The notes below the pieces were generated by a model, which saw only the letters and a program-made list of their open reading frames with translations, was not told where the DNA came from and made no database searches. This document shows, in pieces, positions 13,293 to 23,449 of a stretch of 64,000 nucleotides of DNA. A program made the translations under genes and the position numbers. Location: NCBI GenBank assembly GCA_963716725.1, contig CAVQUB010000007.1, forward strand, positions 1 to 64,000. The letters are read 5' to 3'. How positions within the stretch are numbered: position 1 is the first letter of the stretch; each line of letters opens with the position of its first letter. The DNA comes from an uncultured delta proteobacterium. GTDB taxonomy: Bacteria; Myxococcota_A; Polyangia; Polyangiales; Polyangiaceae.

Positions 13293-14243
13293 ATGCCCAC
13301 GGCCGAGGCGACGCTGGAGAGCCGCTCAGAGACCTCGCGCGGTCAGCTCCAGGGCCGCGTCGCGCTGCTCTTCGTGCAGCTCTTCTTCGGGCTCTTCCCG
13401 CTGTTCGGCAAGCTGGCCATGCGCGAGTTCTCGGCCCGCGCCGTGGCCGGCTGGCGCATCGCGGCCGGAGCCGGCGCGCTGCTGCTCGTGGCCGTGCTCC
13501 TGCATGGGCGCAGGGCCCTTCCGCGCCGCGCGGACCTGCCGCGCCTGCAGGCCTGCGCGCTGCTGGGCGTGGTCCTCAACATGGTGCTGTTCCTCGAGGG
13601 CCTGCGGCGCTCCACGGCCGTCAACGCCGGGTTGATCGTGTCGACGATCCCGGTCTTCACCTTCGCCATCGCGGTGGCCGTGCGCCAGGAGCGCTTCGAG
13701 CTCGGGCGCGGGAGCGGCATCCTGCTGGCCTTCCTGGGCGTGTCGCTCCTGTTCCTGCAGCGCGGCCCGGACTTCACCCCGCAGACGCTCTCGGGCAACG
13801 CCATGATGGCGGTCAACGCCGTCTGCTACTCGCTCTTCCTGGTCTCCGTCCGCCCCCTGCTGCAGCGCTACCCGCCGCTGGTCGTGATCGCCTGGGTCTT
13901 CGTCCTCTCGGCCTGGACCGTGCCGCTGTTCGCCTGGGACGAGGCCTTCGCTCCGCCGGACGTGTCGACGCGCGGCTGGCTCTCGCTGGGCTACATCCTG
14001 GTCTTCCCGACGGTGATGGCCTACCTGCTCAACACCTTTGCCCTCTCCAAGGTCTCGGCCTCGACGACCGCCGTGTTCATCTTCCTGCAGCCCCTGATCG
14101 TCGTGGCGAGCGGCGTGCTGGTCCTGGGCGAGACGCTGCTACCGATCACCCTGGCCGCGGCGGTCACCACCCTGGCGGGCGTCTGGCTCGTCGTGCGCCG
14201 CCGGGCACCGGCCAAGGTCGCCTCGCGGGGCATCGCACGCTAG
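13293..14243 (+). CDS. EamA/DMT-family transporter
   Basis: About 10 hydrophobic helices in two repeats; GLRRSTAVNAGLI and FIFLQPLI...LVLGETL. Confidence 0.9.
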   Translation: MPTAEATLESRSETSRGQLQGRVALLFVQLFFGLFPLFGKLAMREFSARAVAGWRIAAGAGALLLVAVLLHGRRALPRRADLPRLQACALLGVVLNMVLFLEGLRRSTAVNAGLIVSTIPVFTFAIAVAVRQERFELGRGSGILLAFLGVSLLFLQRGPDFTPQTLSGNAMMAVNAVCYSLFLVSVRPLLQRYPPLVVIAWVFVLSAWTVPLFAWDEAFAPPDVSTRGWLSLGYILVFPTVMAYLLNTFALSKVSASTTAVFIFLQPLIVVASGVLVLGETLLPITLAAAVTTLAGVWLVVRRRAPAKVASRGIAR

Positions 14244-14254
14244 TCTCCGGACCC

Positions 14255-14689
14255 ATGGAGACCCCGCAGGTGCCCGAGCCCGGCCGCGTGCGCTTCCGCG
14301 CCCGCGTGCGCACGCGCTGGTCCGACGAGGACAACCAGGACGTGCTCAACAACGCCGTCTACCTGACCCTGCTCGAGGAGGCGCGGCACGCCTACTTCAG
14401 CCGCCTGGGGCTGCTCGAGGGCAGCCGCTTCCCGTTCCTCCTGGGCCAGTGCAACCTGCGCTTCCTGGCCGCGGGCCGCGGCGGCGCCGAGGTCGAGGTC
14501 GACATCGTCACGACGCACCTGGGCACGAGCTCGTTCCGCCAGGCCTACCGCGTGCGGGCCGTCAGCGGGGGCGCCGTGTGGGCCGAGGCCGAGGCCCTGC
14601 TGGTGTGCTACGACGCCGAGACGGGTCGCAGCGCGCCGATGCAGCCGGCCTTCCGGGCCGCGCTGGCCGAGTTCGAGGAGCTGGCCTGA
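14255..14689 (+). CDS. Acyl-CoA thioesterase (YbgC/FadM hotdog fold)
   Basis: RWSDEDNQDVLNNAVYLTLLEEAR and HLGTSSF. Confidence 0.88.
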   Translation: METPQVPEPGRVRFRARVRTRWSDEDNQDVLNNAVYLTLLEEARHAYFSRLGLLEGSRFPFLLGQCNLRFLAAGRGGAEVEVDIVTTHLGTSSFRQAYRVRAVSGGAVWAEAEALLVCYDAETGRSAPMQPAFRAALAEFEELA

Positions 14690-14706
14690 GGCGACGGCCT
14701 CAGCGC

Positions 14707-17700
14707 TCAAGCTGCTCGGGGAAGGGCACCCCGGCCGGGGCCTGGAACGGGATCCAGCGCGGCGCGTCGCGGGTGTTCCACTCGCGGCGCCAGCGGCGGT
14801 GGACCTCGTCGGCGGGGAAGCGCTCGTCCGGGCCGTAGGGGTAGCCGCTCATGCCGTGGAACGGCAGCGGCTCGACCTCGAGCGCCTCGTGCGTGTTGGG
14901 GTCGCGGTCCTTGGCCCAGCCGTCGAGGAAGACCAGGAAGTCGCGCCGTCCAGCCGTCGGGCAGCGGCGGCAGGGCCGTGGCGTCGAAGCGCACGGTCAG
15001 CGCGTCGCCGCTGCCCAGGATCACGAAGCGGTCGTCGACCGCCTGCAGCAGCGGCAGCGCACGCCGAGGCGCGTGTAGAGGCCGGGGTGCTGGTTCCAGC
15101 GCGGGACTCGGCCAGCTCCTCCCAGTCGAAGCGCTCGGGCAGGTCGCGGCGCTCGTCCCGCAGGCGGCGCGCTGAAGCCGCGCTGCCAGAGCTCGGCCGA
15201 GAGCGGCTCGAGCGCGTGCTGCCGCAGCGGCGCTCGTCGCCCGATCGATCGCCAGGCGGATGCGAGTCCCAGTACAGGCGCAGGGTCGTGAAGACGCGCA
15301 GGCGCGGATCGTCGCGGTCGAGGATGTCGGTCACGTCGATCACCATCGTCTTGGTCTTGCCGGCCGGGAAGCCCACCGGCGGGCCGTCGGCGCTCCATCC
15401 GCCGGCCCCGTCGGGCACCTGCAGGATCGGCGGCACGAACTCGACGCCTGGCGTGCGCGCGGCGGCCATGTTGACGCTGGCGTCGGTCCAGTAGAACCAG
15501 CCGGTCATGACCAGGCGCAGCCTGCGCGGCGCGCGACGGCCTCGCGGTCGAACTCGAGCTCGAGCCAGTGGGGCGTCGCCAGGCCCAGGAACTGGCCGGG
15601 TGCGGCTCGAACGGCACGGCGTGGACGTCGTCGATGGCCGCGAGCTCGCGGTCCAGTCGTGGCCCTGCGCGTCGCTCGCCCGCGCGCGGCGGCAGAGGGG
15701 ACGCGCACCGCGTGGATCGTCGCGTCGGGGAAGGGCGGGAAGCAGAAGCGCTCGTCGGGGTAGATCTCGGTGCCGCGGGGTGGTCGACCACGTCGAGGCG
15801 GATGCGGTCGAGGTAGGTCACCTCGCGCAGCTCCTCGGTGAACTGCAGCTCGTAGACGCCGTCCCGCGGGGCGAGCTGCTCGCCGCGCACCAGCACGTAC
15901 TCGTCGTGGTCGGGCGGTACCAGCATGCCCGGCGCCATGGGCAGGCCCAGCGGCGTGATGCCGAGCACGTCGGAGATGAACTCGTAGCGCTCGCCGTTCC
16001 AGGTGTAGAGGAACGGGCACGAGCCCACCAGGCCCTCGGGCTGGAAGGCGTCGTTGGAATCGGTGTCGCAGGCGCGGTCACCCGTCGCGTGGCGCAGGTC
16101 GTACTGCATCACCCCGTTGGGCCACAGAACGCGCACGTAGTCGACCTCGCGCGCGCCGTCCAGCCGACCAGCTCGGGCACGCCGCGGGCGAAGATGCGCC
16201 GGTAGACGGGCCCGGCGCGCACCTCGATCACGGCGCCGATGGCCTGGCGGTTGTCCTTCTTGCCGCGGTAGTGCAGGCGCACCGCGCTGCCCTGCTGCTC
16301 GCCGCGCCGCAGCTCCAGCGCGTCGGCGCCGAGCAGCACGAGGTCGTTGGCCAGGTCGCCGTCGAGGTCGGCGAAGAGGACCTCGAGCAACTGCGAGGAG
16401 GCCTGCGGATCGAACTCGAACGGCGCCGCCATCGGGAGACCGACCGAGAGCCGGCCGCGCACGCGGTCCTGATCGACCCAGAACACGTCGAGGCTGCCGT
16501 CGAGGTCCAGGTCGGCCGTACGCTGGCGCGCGCCTGGCGGCGGCGGCGCGGGGCGGTGGATCGAGATCACGCCCGGCTCGAAGGGGCCCGCCGGCGCGCC
16601 GCGGAAGAGCTGGTCGGCGACCCACAGGTCGGGGCGACCGTCGCCGTCGAGGTCGGCCACCAGCGGGCGCTCCGCGAGGGCAGGTAGGCCGACGAGCCGG
16701 GCGCTCGCGTCGGCCAGCGCGCCGCTGCGCAGGTTGTCGGCGAGGTAGGCGCCTTGCGGCCCTCCCAGCAGCAGGTCCACGTCCTGGTCGCAGTCCAGGT
16801 CCTCGGCCAGGCACCACGACAGGGCTTGGTCGGTCGGCAGGCCGGCCTCGGCGGTGACGTCCGTGAAGCGACCCGCGGCGTCAGGTGCGCCGGCGCCGTC
16901 GTTGCGCCACAAGCGCGCGCCGAAATCGCCGACGAGGACAAGGTCGAGGTCGCCCTCGTGGTCGTAGTCCAGGGCGCACATCGCGCGCGGCGCCGAGGGC
17001 AGCTCGGGCAGGGTCCGGTTCCACGGGCGCCAGTCGACCGGACCCGACGACGGGTCCTCCCCGCTAGGCCCGCCGCGGAAGGCCTCGAGCAGGCTCACGA
17101 CGCCGCCCTGGGCATGGATCAGGTCCAGGTCGCCGTCGTTGCCGAGGTCGAAGGCGAGCGCTGCTTCGACCGCGCCGTCGACGAGCGCGCGGGCCTCCCA
17201 GCGGAAGCCCTGGCCCTGCTGGGCCACGAACAGGCCGCGCGGACCCCAGGCGACGAGGTCCATGCGGCAGTCCTCCTCCAGGTCGCAGGCCAGCACGCCC
17301 AGGACGCCGGCCAGCGCAGGCAGCACCTGGACGGCGTCCTCCAGCCGCGGCAGCGCGCCCGGCCCGGAGGGGCGGTTGCCGCTCGGCTCGGGCGCGAGCA
17401 GCCGGCCGAGGTTGCCCTCCTCCATCTGCAGAACCGAGGGGCTCGAGACCCCGCGCTCCTTGAGCTGGTCGAAGCGCTCGAACAACGCGGCGGCCTCGTC
17501 CTCGCGACCCTCGCGCTGGCACAGCTGGGCCAGCCGGTAGATGGCGCTGAAGTTCCAGGAGAGACCGACCTCGGCGCCGCGCCCGACGACGTCGCGGTAG
17601 ATCGCCTCGACCTCCCCGCTCGCAGCCTGCCCCTGGCTGGCGAGTTCCTCGAGCACCTGGGCCAGGAAGAGCTGGGTGGGGGCGTCGCCGGGCGTCTTCT

Positions 17701-18154
17701 CCAGGGCCCTGCGCAGCGCCTGCGCCGCTGAGGCGAAGTCGAAGTCGTAGTAGGCGACGCGGCCGAGGTTGTAGTCCAGCTCGGCCGACGTGTCGCCCTG
17801 CGCGCGCGCGCGCTCCAGGAGCTCGCGCGCGCGGTCGGTGCGGGCCTCCGAGAGCTCGACGATGGCCGCGGCGATCAGGTCGCGCGCCGCCGGCTCCGGG
17901 CGCGAGACCAGGGGCTGGAGCGTCTCGCGCGCCTTGCCCCGGCTGTCCTCGGCGTAGTAGGCGGCCGCCAGCTCGCGCAGTCGCTGCGACTCCTGGTCGT
18001 CCTGGACGACCGGCAGCCCGCCCTGGCGAGCCTCCTGGCGCAAGCGCAACCAGACGCCGACGGCGACGGCCGCGGCCAGCCCCAGGAGCAGGGCCAGCAC
18101 GAGGCCGGCACGGCCCCGGCGATGCGGAAGGGGTTCGAGCGAGAGCCTGGGCAT
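14707..18154 (-). CDS. Membrane-anchored TPR + FG-GAP repeat + ASPIC/UnbV protein (frameshifts in the 3' third)
   Basis: N-terminal TM helix, TPR helices, repeated DxDxDGDLDL motifs, NRQAIGAVIEV, VLWPNG, GSCPFLYTWNGERY, GFPAGKTK, GWAKDRD. Confidence 0.85.
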
Positions 18155-18204
18155 GGTGCGGGTATCCTGCGGCCGGAACGGGACGCGAGGATTAGACCAC
18201 CCCC

Positions 18205-18978
18205 GTGCAAGGTGCTCAAAAGGACGACCGACCGCGCGTGGTGCTCCTGGGAGCGAGCAATCTCGCGATCGGACTGCGGGCGGTGCTGAGCGCCGCGCGG
18301 GCCCGGCTGGGCGCTCCGCTCGAGGTCCTGGCCGCCCTGGGGCGCGGGCGTTCCTGGGGGACCGACTCCTCGTTCCTCGTGCGGCGCATGCCCGGGATCG
18401 TGACCTGTGGATTGTGGCGCGCGCTCGCCGCGGGCGACCCGCGACCGGCCTGGGCGCTGGTCACCGACGTGGGCAACGACCTGCCCTTCGGCGCGCCGCC
18501 GGCGACGATCCTCGGCTGGGTCGAGGAGGCCCTCGACCGCCTGGAGCGAGCGCGGGCCTCGACGGTGATCACTTCGTTGCCCCTGGAGAACCTGCGCCGG
18601 CTCCCGGCCTGGGAGTTCGAGCTGTGGCGGCGCCTGATCTTCCCCTTGCACCGGACCTCGCGCGAGCAGGTGCTCGCCGGAGCCGAAGTCGTCGATGCGG
18701 GACTGCGGCGCCTGGCGCTGGAGCGCTCGCTCGTGCTCGTGGAGCTGCAGCCGGAGTGGTACGGGCTCGATCCGATCCACGTACGCCGCTCGCGGCGCCA
18801 CGAGGCCTGGGGACGGATCCTCTCGCCCTGGGGCGAGCCGACCCACGCGATGGCCTCCACGGAGCTGCCCGGGGCCTGGCGGCAGGTGCCCGAGCGCCGC
18901 TGGATCCTGGGGATCCAGGGGGGCCGTCCCCAGCCCGGCCTACGCCTGGCGGACGGGACGACGCTCGGGCTCTACTGA
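18205..18978 (+). CDS. SGNH/GDSL-like hydrolase
   Basis: VVLLGASNL (block I), DVGNDL (block III), DPIH (block V). Confidence 0.65.
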   Translation: MQGAQKDDRPRVVLLGASNLAIGLRAVLSAARARLGAPLEVLAALGRGRSWGTDSSFLVRRMPGIVTCGLWRALAAGDPRPAWALVTDVGNDLPFGAPPATILGWVEEALDRLERARASTVITSLPLENLRRLPAWEFELWRRLIFPLHRTSREQVLAGAEVVDAGLRRLALERSLVLVELQPEWYGLDPIHVRRSRRHEAWGRILSPWGEPTHAMASTELPGAWRQVPERRWILGIQGGRPQPGLRLADGTTLGLY

Positions 18979-19053
18979 GCGCTGGCCCCGGCGAGGTCGT
19001 TCGAGCCTGTCCTTGCCTGGATCGGGGGTAGGCTTCCCTGGAGAATCCGCGGC

Positions 19054-19875
19054 ATGCCCTCTCCCACCCACGCCGACGTCACCGAGTCCGCCCCCCAGCC
19101 GCCGCCGCCGATCCCGGGCGTCCCCGCCGATCGCCGCCGGGCGATCGTGGTGGGGGCGAGCTCGGGCATGGGGGCGGCGATCGTGCGCCAGCTTGCGCGC
19201 GAGGGCTACCGCGTGGCGGCCCTCGCCCGGCGCGAGGGCGAGCTCGAGGCCCTGGTGCAGGCCGCCGGGCCCCAGGCCCGCAGGGTGGGCGGCGAGGTGA
19301 TCCCGGCGGTCCACGACGTGCGCGCGGTGGAGCAGGTGCCCGAGCTGCTCGAGCGCCTCGTGCGCGAGCTGGGGGGCCTGGACCTGTTCGTCTTCGCGGC
19401 CGGGGTCATGCCCCGGGTGGAGGCGGACGAGTACGACACCGAGCTCGACCTCGACATGCTGGCCATCAACTTCGGCGGCTGCGTGGCCTGGTGCAACGAG
19501 GTGGCGCGCCTGATGGGCTCGCAGCGCCGGGGTACCCTCGTGGGCATCTCCTCGATCGCGGGGGTGCGCGGCCGCAAGGGCAACCCGCTGTACGGCAGCT
19601 CCAAGGCCGCCATGACCCACTACCTGGAGGCGCTGCGCAACCGCCTGGCCGAGCGCCGGGTGCATGTCTGCACCATCAAGCCCGGTTATGTCGATACGGT
19701 CATGACCCGCGGCATGAAGACCTTCTGGCTGATCGGCGCCGACGAGGCCGCGACCACGATCCTGGGCGCGGCGCGGCGCGGCGTGAACGAGCGCTTCGTG
19801 CCCTGGCGCTGGACGCTGGTGGCCCTGGCGCTGCTGCTGATCCCCTCCTTCCTCTTCCGCAAGCTGAACATCTGA
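19054..19875 (+). CDS. Short-chain dehydrogenase, DprE2-like
   Basis: GASSGMG, ISSIAGVRGRKGNPLYGSSKA, IKPGYVDT; directly upstream of a DprE1-like gene. Confidence 0.85.
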   Translation: MPSPTHADVTESAPQPPPPIPGVPADRRRAIVVGASSGMGAAIVRQLAREGYRVAALARREGELEALVQAAGPQARRVGGEVIPAVHDVRAVEQVPELLERLVRELGGLDLFVFAAGVMPRVEADEYDTELDLDMLAINFGGCVAWCNEVARLMGSQRRGTLVGISSIAGVRGRKGNPLYGSSKAAMTHYLEALRNRLAERRVHVCTIKPGYVDTVMTRGMKTFWLIGADEAATTILGAARRGVNERFVPWRWTLVALALLLIPSFLFRKLNI

Positions 19876-19877
19876 GC

Positions 19878-21359
19878 GTGATCACAGGTCCCGCAAGCGC
19901 CCTGCCGCCGCCGCTGCTGCGCCGGCTGCCCAGCTCTCCGGCGCGCAGCCTGGAGTACGTCGAGGGCTGGGGCATGTCGGTCGGCGCGCTCAGTCGCGTG
20001 CTGCGCCCGCGCTCGGTCGAGGAGATCGTCCGCTGCCTGGAGCTGGCGCACGCCGAGCGCCTGCCCCTGGCCTTGCGTGGCGGAGGCAACAGCTACGGCG
20101 ACGCCAGCATCAACGACCGCGGTCACGTGCTCGACATCTCGAGCATGGATCGCGTGCTGGCCTTCGACCCCGACAGCGGCGTGGTCGAGGCCGAGGGAGG
20201 CGTCACGATCGAGACCCTGTGGAAGACCATCCTGCCGCACGGCTGGTGGCCGCGCGTGGTCTCGGGGACGATGTACCCGACGCTGGCGGGCGCCGCGGCG
20301 ATGAACATCCACGGCAAGAACAACTACGCCGTCGGCACGATCGGGGACGCGATCGACGCGATCGACCTGGTGCTGCCGACGGGCGAGCTGGTCACCTGCT
20401 CGCGCCAGGACCAGGCCGACCTGTTCCACGCCGCGATCGGCGGGTTCGGCATGCTCGGCGTCATCAGCCGGGTCGTGCTGCGCACCAAGAGGGTGCACTC
20501 GGGCGACCTGTGGGTGCGCGGCATCAGCACGCGCAACCTGGGCGAGATGCTCGACTACATCGAGGCCCAGCGCAGCTCGGCCGACTACCTGGTCGGCTGG
20601 ATCGACTGCTTCCCCGGCGGCGACGCCAGCGGGCGCGGGCTGATCCACGAGGCGCACTACCTCGAGCCGGGCGAGGACCCCGAGCCCGAGCGCACGCTCG
20701 ACCTCGAGCACCAGGAGCCTGCCGGCCAACATCCTGGGCCTGCTGCCCAAGTCCGAGGTCTGGCGCATCCTGAGCCTGTTCAACAACGACGCGGGGATGC
20801 GCCTGGTCAACCTGGCCAAGTACACGGCCGGACGCTTCGAGGACCACAAGGGCCGCTTCCGCCAGTCGCACGCCGCGCTTCGCCTTCCTGCTCGACTACG
20901 TGCCCAACTGGAAGTGGGCCTACGGTCGCGAGCCGGTCCAGCGCGGCCTGATCCAGTACCAGCCGTTCCTGCCCGCGGCCGTGGCGCACGAGGTCGTGCT
21001 CGACCTCCTGGCGCGCTGCCGCAAGGCCGGGCTCGTGCCCTACCTCGGCGTCGTCAAGCGCCACCGCCCCGATCCCTTCTGGCTGACGCACGCCGTCGAC
21101 GGGTGGAGCCTGGCGATGGACTTCAAGGTCGAGCCGGCCACGCGCGAGGCTCTGTGGCGCCTGTGCGCGGAGATGACCGAGGTCGTGCTGGCGGCCGGTG
21201 GCCGCTTCTACTTCGCCAAGGACATCGTCCTGGGGGCCAACGACGTCGACCGTTTCCTGCCGGCCGAGCGGCTGGCCGCCTTCCGCGCGCTCAAGCGCCA
21301 GCCTCGATCCCCAGCTACGGCTCGCGACGAACCTGTCCCGGCGCGTGCTGGGCTGGTGA
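19878..21359 (+). CDS. FAD-binding oxidoreductase, DprE1-like (frameshifts near 20715, 20880 and 21300)
   Basis: RGGGNSYGDAS, VVSGTMYPTLAGAAAMNIHGKN, IGGFGMLGVI, YLVGWID, GLIQYQ, GWSLAMDF, GGRFYFAKD. Confidence 0.85.
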
Positions 21360-21362
21360 GCA

Positions 21363-22088
21363 TCAGTCCCCCGCGGGGTCGGAGTACACGCGCGCCGCGG
21401 GCACCTCGACCAGCCGATCCTCCTCGGCGATCCAGGCGGTCAGCGCGCGACCCCAGACGCAGCCGCTGTCCAGGCCGCGCAGTCGCTCGGCGACGACCAG
21501 GCCGGCGCGCGCCCAGTGGCCGTAGACCAGCGTGCGGTGCTCGTCGTGGGCCGCGAACCACTGCTCGTACCAGGGCGCGAAGGGCGGTCCCGGCGGCGGC
21601 CAGTCGGTCGGCGGTCGCGTGCCGTCGGGCTTGCAGTAGCGCACGCGCGTGGCGAAGTCGCTGGCAGCCCCAACCTCGTGCGGATCCAGACCCGCCAGCA
21701 CCTCCAGCGGGTCCTCCCAGGTGGGATCCAGCCCGGCGTGGACCAGCAGCACGTCGTCCCAGCCGCGCGCGAAGGGGCGTGCTGCCAGCCAGTCGAGCAG
21801 CGCCTGGCGGTCGTCGGCGGCGAGCACGTCCTGGAAGGTGTCGCGCGGCCCCAGGGGGCGCGTGCCGGCCGCGACCCGTAGCAGGTGCAGATCGTGGTTT
21901 CCCAGCACGCCGCCGGCGTCCAGCTCGCGCAGCAGCCGCAGGGTCCCGGCCGAGTCCGGACCGCGGTTGACCAGGTCTCCGACCGGCTCGAGCCGGTCGA
22001 CACTGGGGTCGAAGCGCAGGCGCTCGAGCAGGCGCTCGAGCTCCTCGCGGCAGCCCTGGACGTCCCCGACGAAGATGCGGCGCTCCAC
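21363..22088 (-). CDS. apaH: Symmetrical bis(5'-nucleosyl)-tetraphosphatase ApaH-like metallophosphoesterase
   Basis: VGDVQGC, VGDLVNRGPDS, LGNHDLHLL, VHAG, YGHWA, LDSGCVWG. Confidence 0.88.
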   Translation of the reverse strand: MERRIFVGDVQGCREELERLLERLRFDPSVDRLEPVGDLVNRGPDSAGTLRLLRELDAGGVLGNHDLHLLRVAAGTRPLGPRDTFQDVLAADDRQALLDWLAARPFARGWDDVLLVHAGLDPTWEDPLEVLAGLDPHEVGAASDFATRVRYCKPDGTRPPTDWPPPGPPFAPWYEQWFAAHDEHRTLVYGHWARAGLVVAERLRGLDSGCVWGRALTAWIAEEDRLVEVPAARVYSDPAGD

Positions 22089-22167
22089 GTCGGCATCCTA
22101 ATGCCCTGGAACGGCTCCCGCGCGGCCACTGTGGCACCCGCGCCGGCCCAGGGTCACAATCCCCGGC

Positions 22168-22779
22168 ATGCAGGACCACGCGACTGCCCCGCCGCTGCCG
22201 AGCGGCCGCCGGGTGAACGGCCTGGTGTTGCTCGCGCTGCTGGTCTTCGGGGGGCTCGGCATCACCAGCGCCTACTACCGCTGGAAGGCGGCCGAGATCA
22301 TCGCTCAGCGCAAGCGCGAGCTGGCCTCGGCTCCGACCGAGACCGCGCCGCGCGTCGAGCGCTGGCTCGAGTTCGGCCGCACCTACGTCCACCAGCGACT
22401 CCTGCAGCTGAGGATCTCGGCCTCGCTGCCCTGGCTGGTGACCCATGCCGTGCTCGCGGCGGAGCCGAACATGGCGCCCGAGCTGTGGGGCGTGGACCTC
22501 TCCGGGCTCGAGCCGGGGTGGTCGCGGCGAGATGGCAACGACGTCGTCGTCGACCTGCCGCCTGCCCAGATCCTGGGTCGGGCCTGGCTGCCCGAGGACA
22601 AGGCGCTCTTCGTCCCGAAGATCGCGGCCGGGGCGCCCGCGCCGGATGCCGCCCTCTCTGCCGAGCGCGCACGCGCGATCGCCGAGCACGCCCTCGAGCC
22701 CCTGGTCAAGGCCCTGCCGCGGGACATCCCCGGGGCCCGGCTGGTCGTCCACGTCGGCGGCCGGGGGGAATCGCGATGA
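22168..22779 (+). CDS. Single-TM hypothetical protein (possibly DUF4230-like)
   Basis: N-terminal TM helix; VVVDLPPAQIL segment; ATGA overlap with the next gene. Confidence 0.6.
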   Translation: MQDHATAPPLPSGRRVNGLVLLALLVFGGLGITSAYYRWKAAEIIAQRKRELASAPTETAPRVERWLEFGRTYVHQRLLQLRISASLPWLVTHAVLAAEPNMAPELWGVDLSGLEPGWSRRDGNDVVVDLPPAQILGRAWLPEDKALFVPKIAAGAPAPDAALSAERARAIAEHALEPLVKALPRDIPGARLVVHVGGRGESR

Positions 22780-23072
22780 GCCGCCCCGAGGATCCTCCGC
22801 GGCCCGCCGACCCGCTGCCCGAGCCGGCCACCGGGCAACCGCAGGCTCGGGCGAGCGAGGCGCCGGCACCGCCGCGCCGGGGCTGCGCGGGGACCCTCTG
22901 GGCCCTCGCCGCCACGCTCCTGGGGGGGATCTACATCCTCAACCCGGGCTGGGGGGTGTTCGAGCTGCTGCCCGACAACCTGCCCGGCCTGGGGAACCTC
23001 GACGAGGCCGGGGCCGCGGCGCTCTTGATCTTCGGCCTGCGCTACCTGGTGGGCCGCCGGGGACGCTCCTAG
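22776..23072 (+). CDS. DUF1232/YkvA-like small membrane protein
   Basis: IYILNPGWGVFELLPDNLPGLGNLDE motif between two hydrophobic helices. Confidence 0.8.
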   Translation: MSRPEDPPRPADPLPEPATGQPQARASEAPAPPRRGCAGTLWALAATLLGGIYILNPGWGVFELLPDNLPGLGNLDEAGAAALLIFGLRYLVGRRGRS

Positions 23073-23082
23073 CGGCCGGGAC

Positions 23083-23111
23083 TTGCCTCGGCGGGCCGCG
23101 GCCGCTACAAC
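23083..23111 (+). promoter_or_regulatory. Sigma70-type promoter of the small basic protein gene
   Basis: TTGCCT (23083-23088), 17-nt spacer, TACAAC (23106-23111). Confidence 0.6.
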
Positions 23112-23168
23112 CTTCCGCCTTCCTCCCGGGCGAGAACCACCGGGAGAGGCACAGGCGAGGAACCGACC

Positions 23169-23297
23169 ATGGCCAAATCCCGCGTCAAGTCAGCAGGCCC
23201 GACCCGCGGCCGCCTGCGCAAGCGCAAGCTCGGCATGGGCTCGGGCAAGTGGCTGGCCCAGGGGCGCAACAAGAAGCCCCGTCGCGGTCGGAACTGA
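23169..23297 (+). CDS. 42-aa highly basic small protein (not in the ORF track)
   Basis: MAKSRVKSAGPTRGRLRKRKLGMGSGKWLAQGRNKKPRRGRN*; GAGGA SD; mostly G/C third positions; flanked by a promoter and a terminator-like hairpin. Confidence 0.8.
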   Translation: MAKSRVKSAGPTRGRLRKRKLGMGSGKWLAQGRNKKPRRGRN

Positions 23298-23321
23298 TCC
23301 GGGTGCCAGGCTCTGCAGGTC

Positions 23322-23362
23322 GCGACCGCCGGGGCGCCGCTGAAGGCTCCGGCGGTCGTTGC
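23322..23362 (+). terminator. Terminator-like hairpin after the small basic protein gene
   Basis: 14-bp stem GCGACCGCCGGGGC / GCTCCGGCGGTCGT (2 G-U pairs), 10-nt loop, weak U tail. Confidence 0.55.
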
Positions 23363-23449
23363 ATCGAGGCGCCCTGCTCGCCCCGGGAGCAGGACGGGCG
23401 GACAGGTGGCCCGGATGCGGGTGCGGAGCCCAGGCCCTGCACGGGTACC

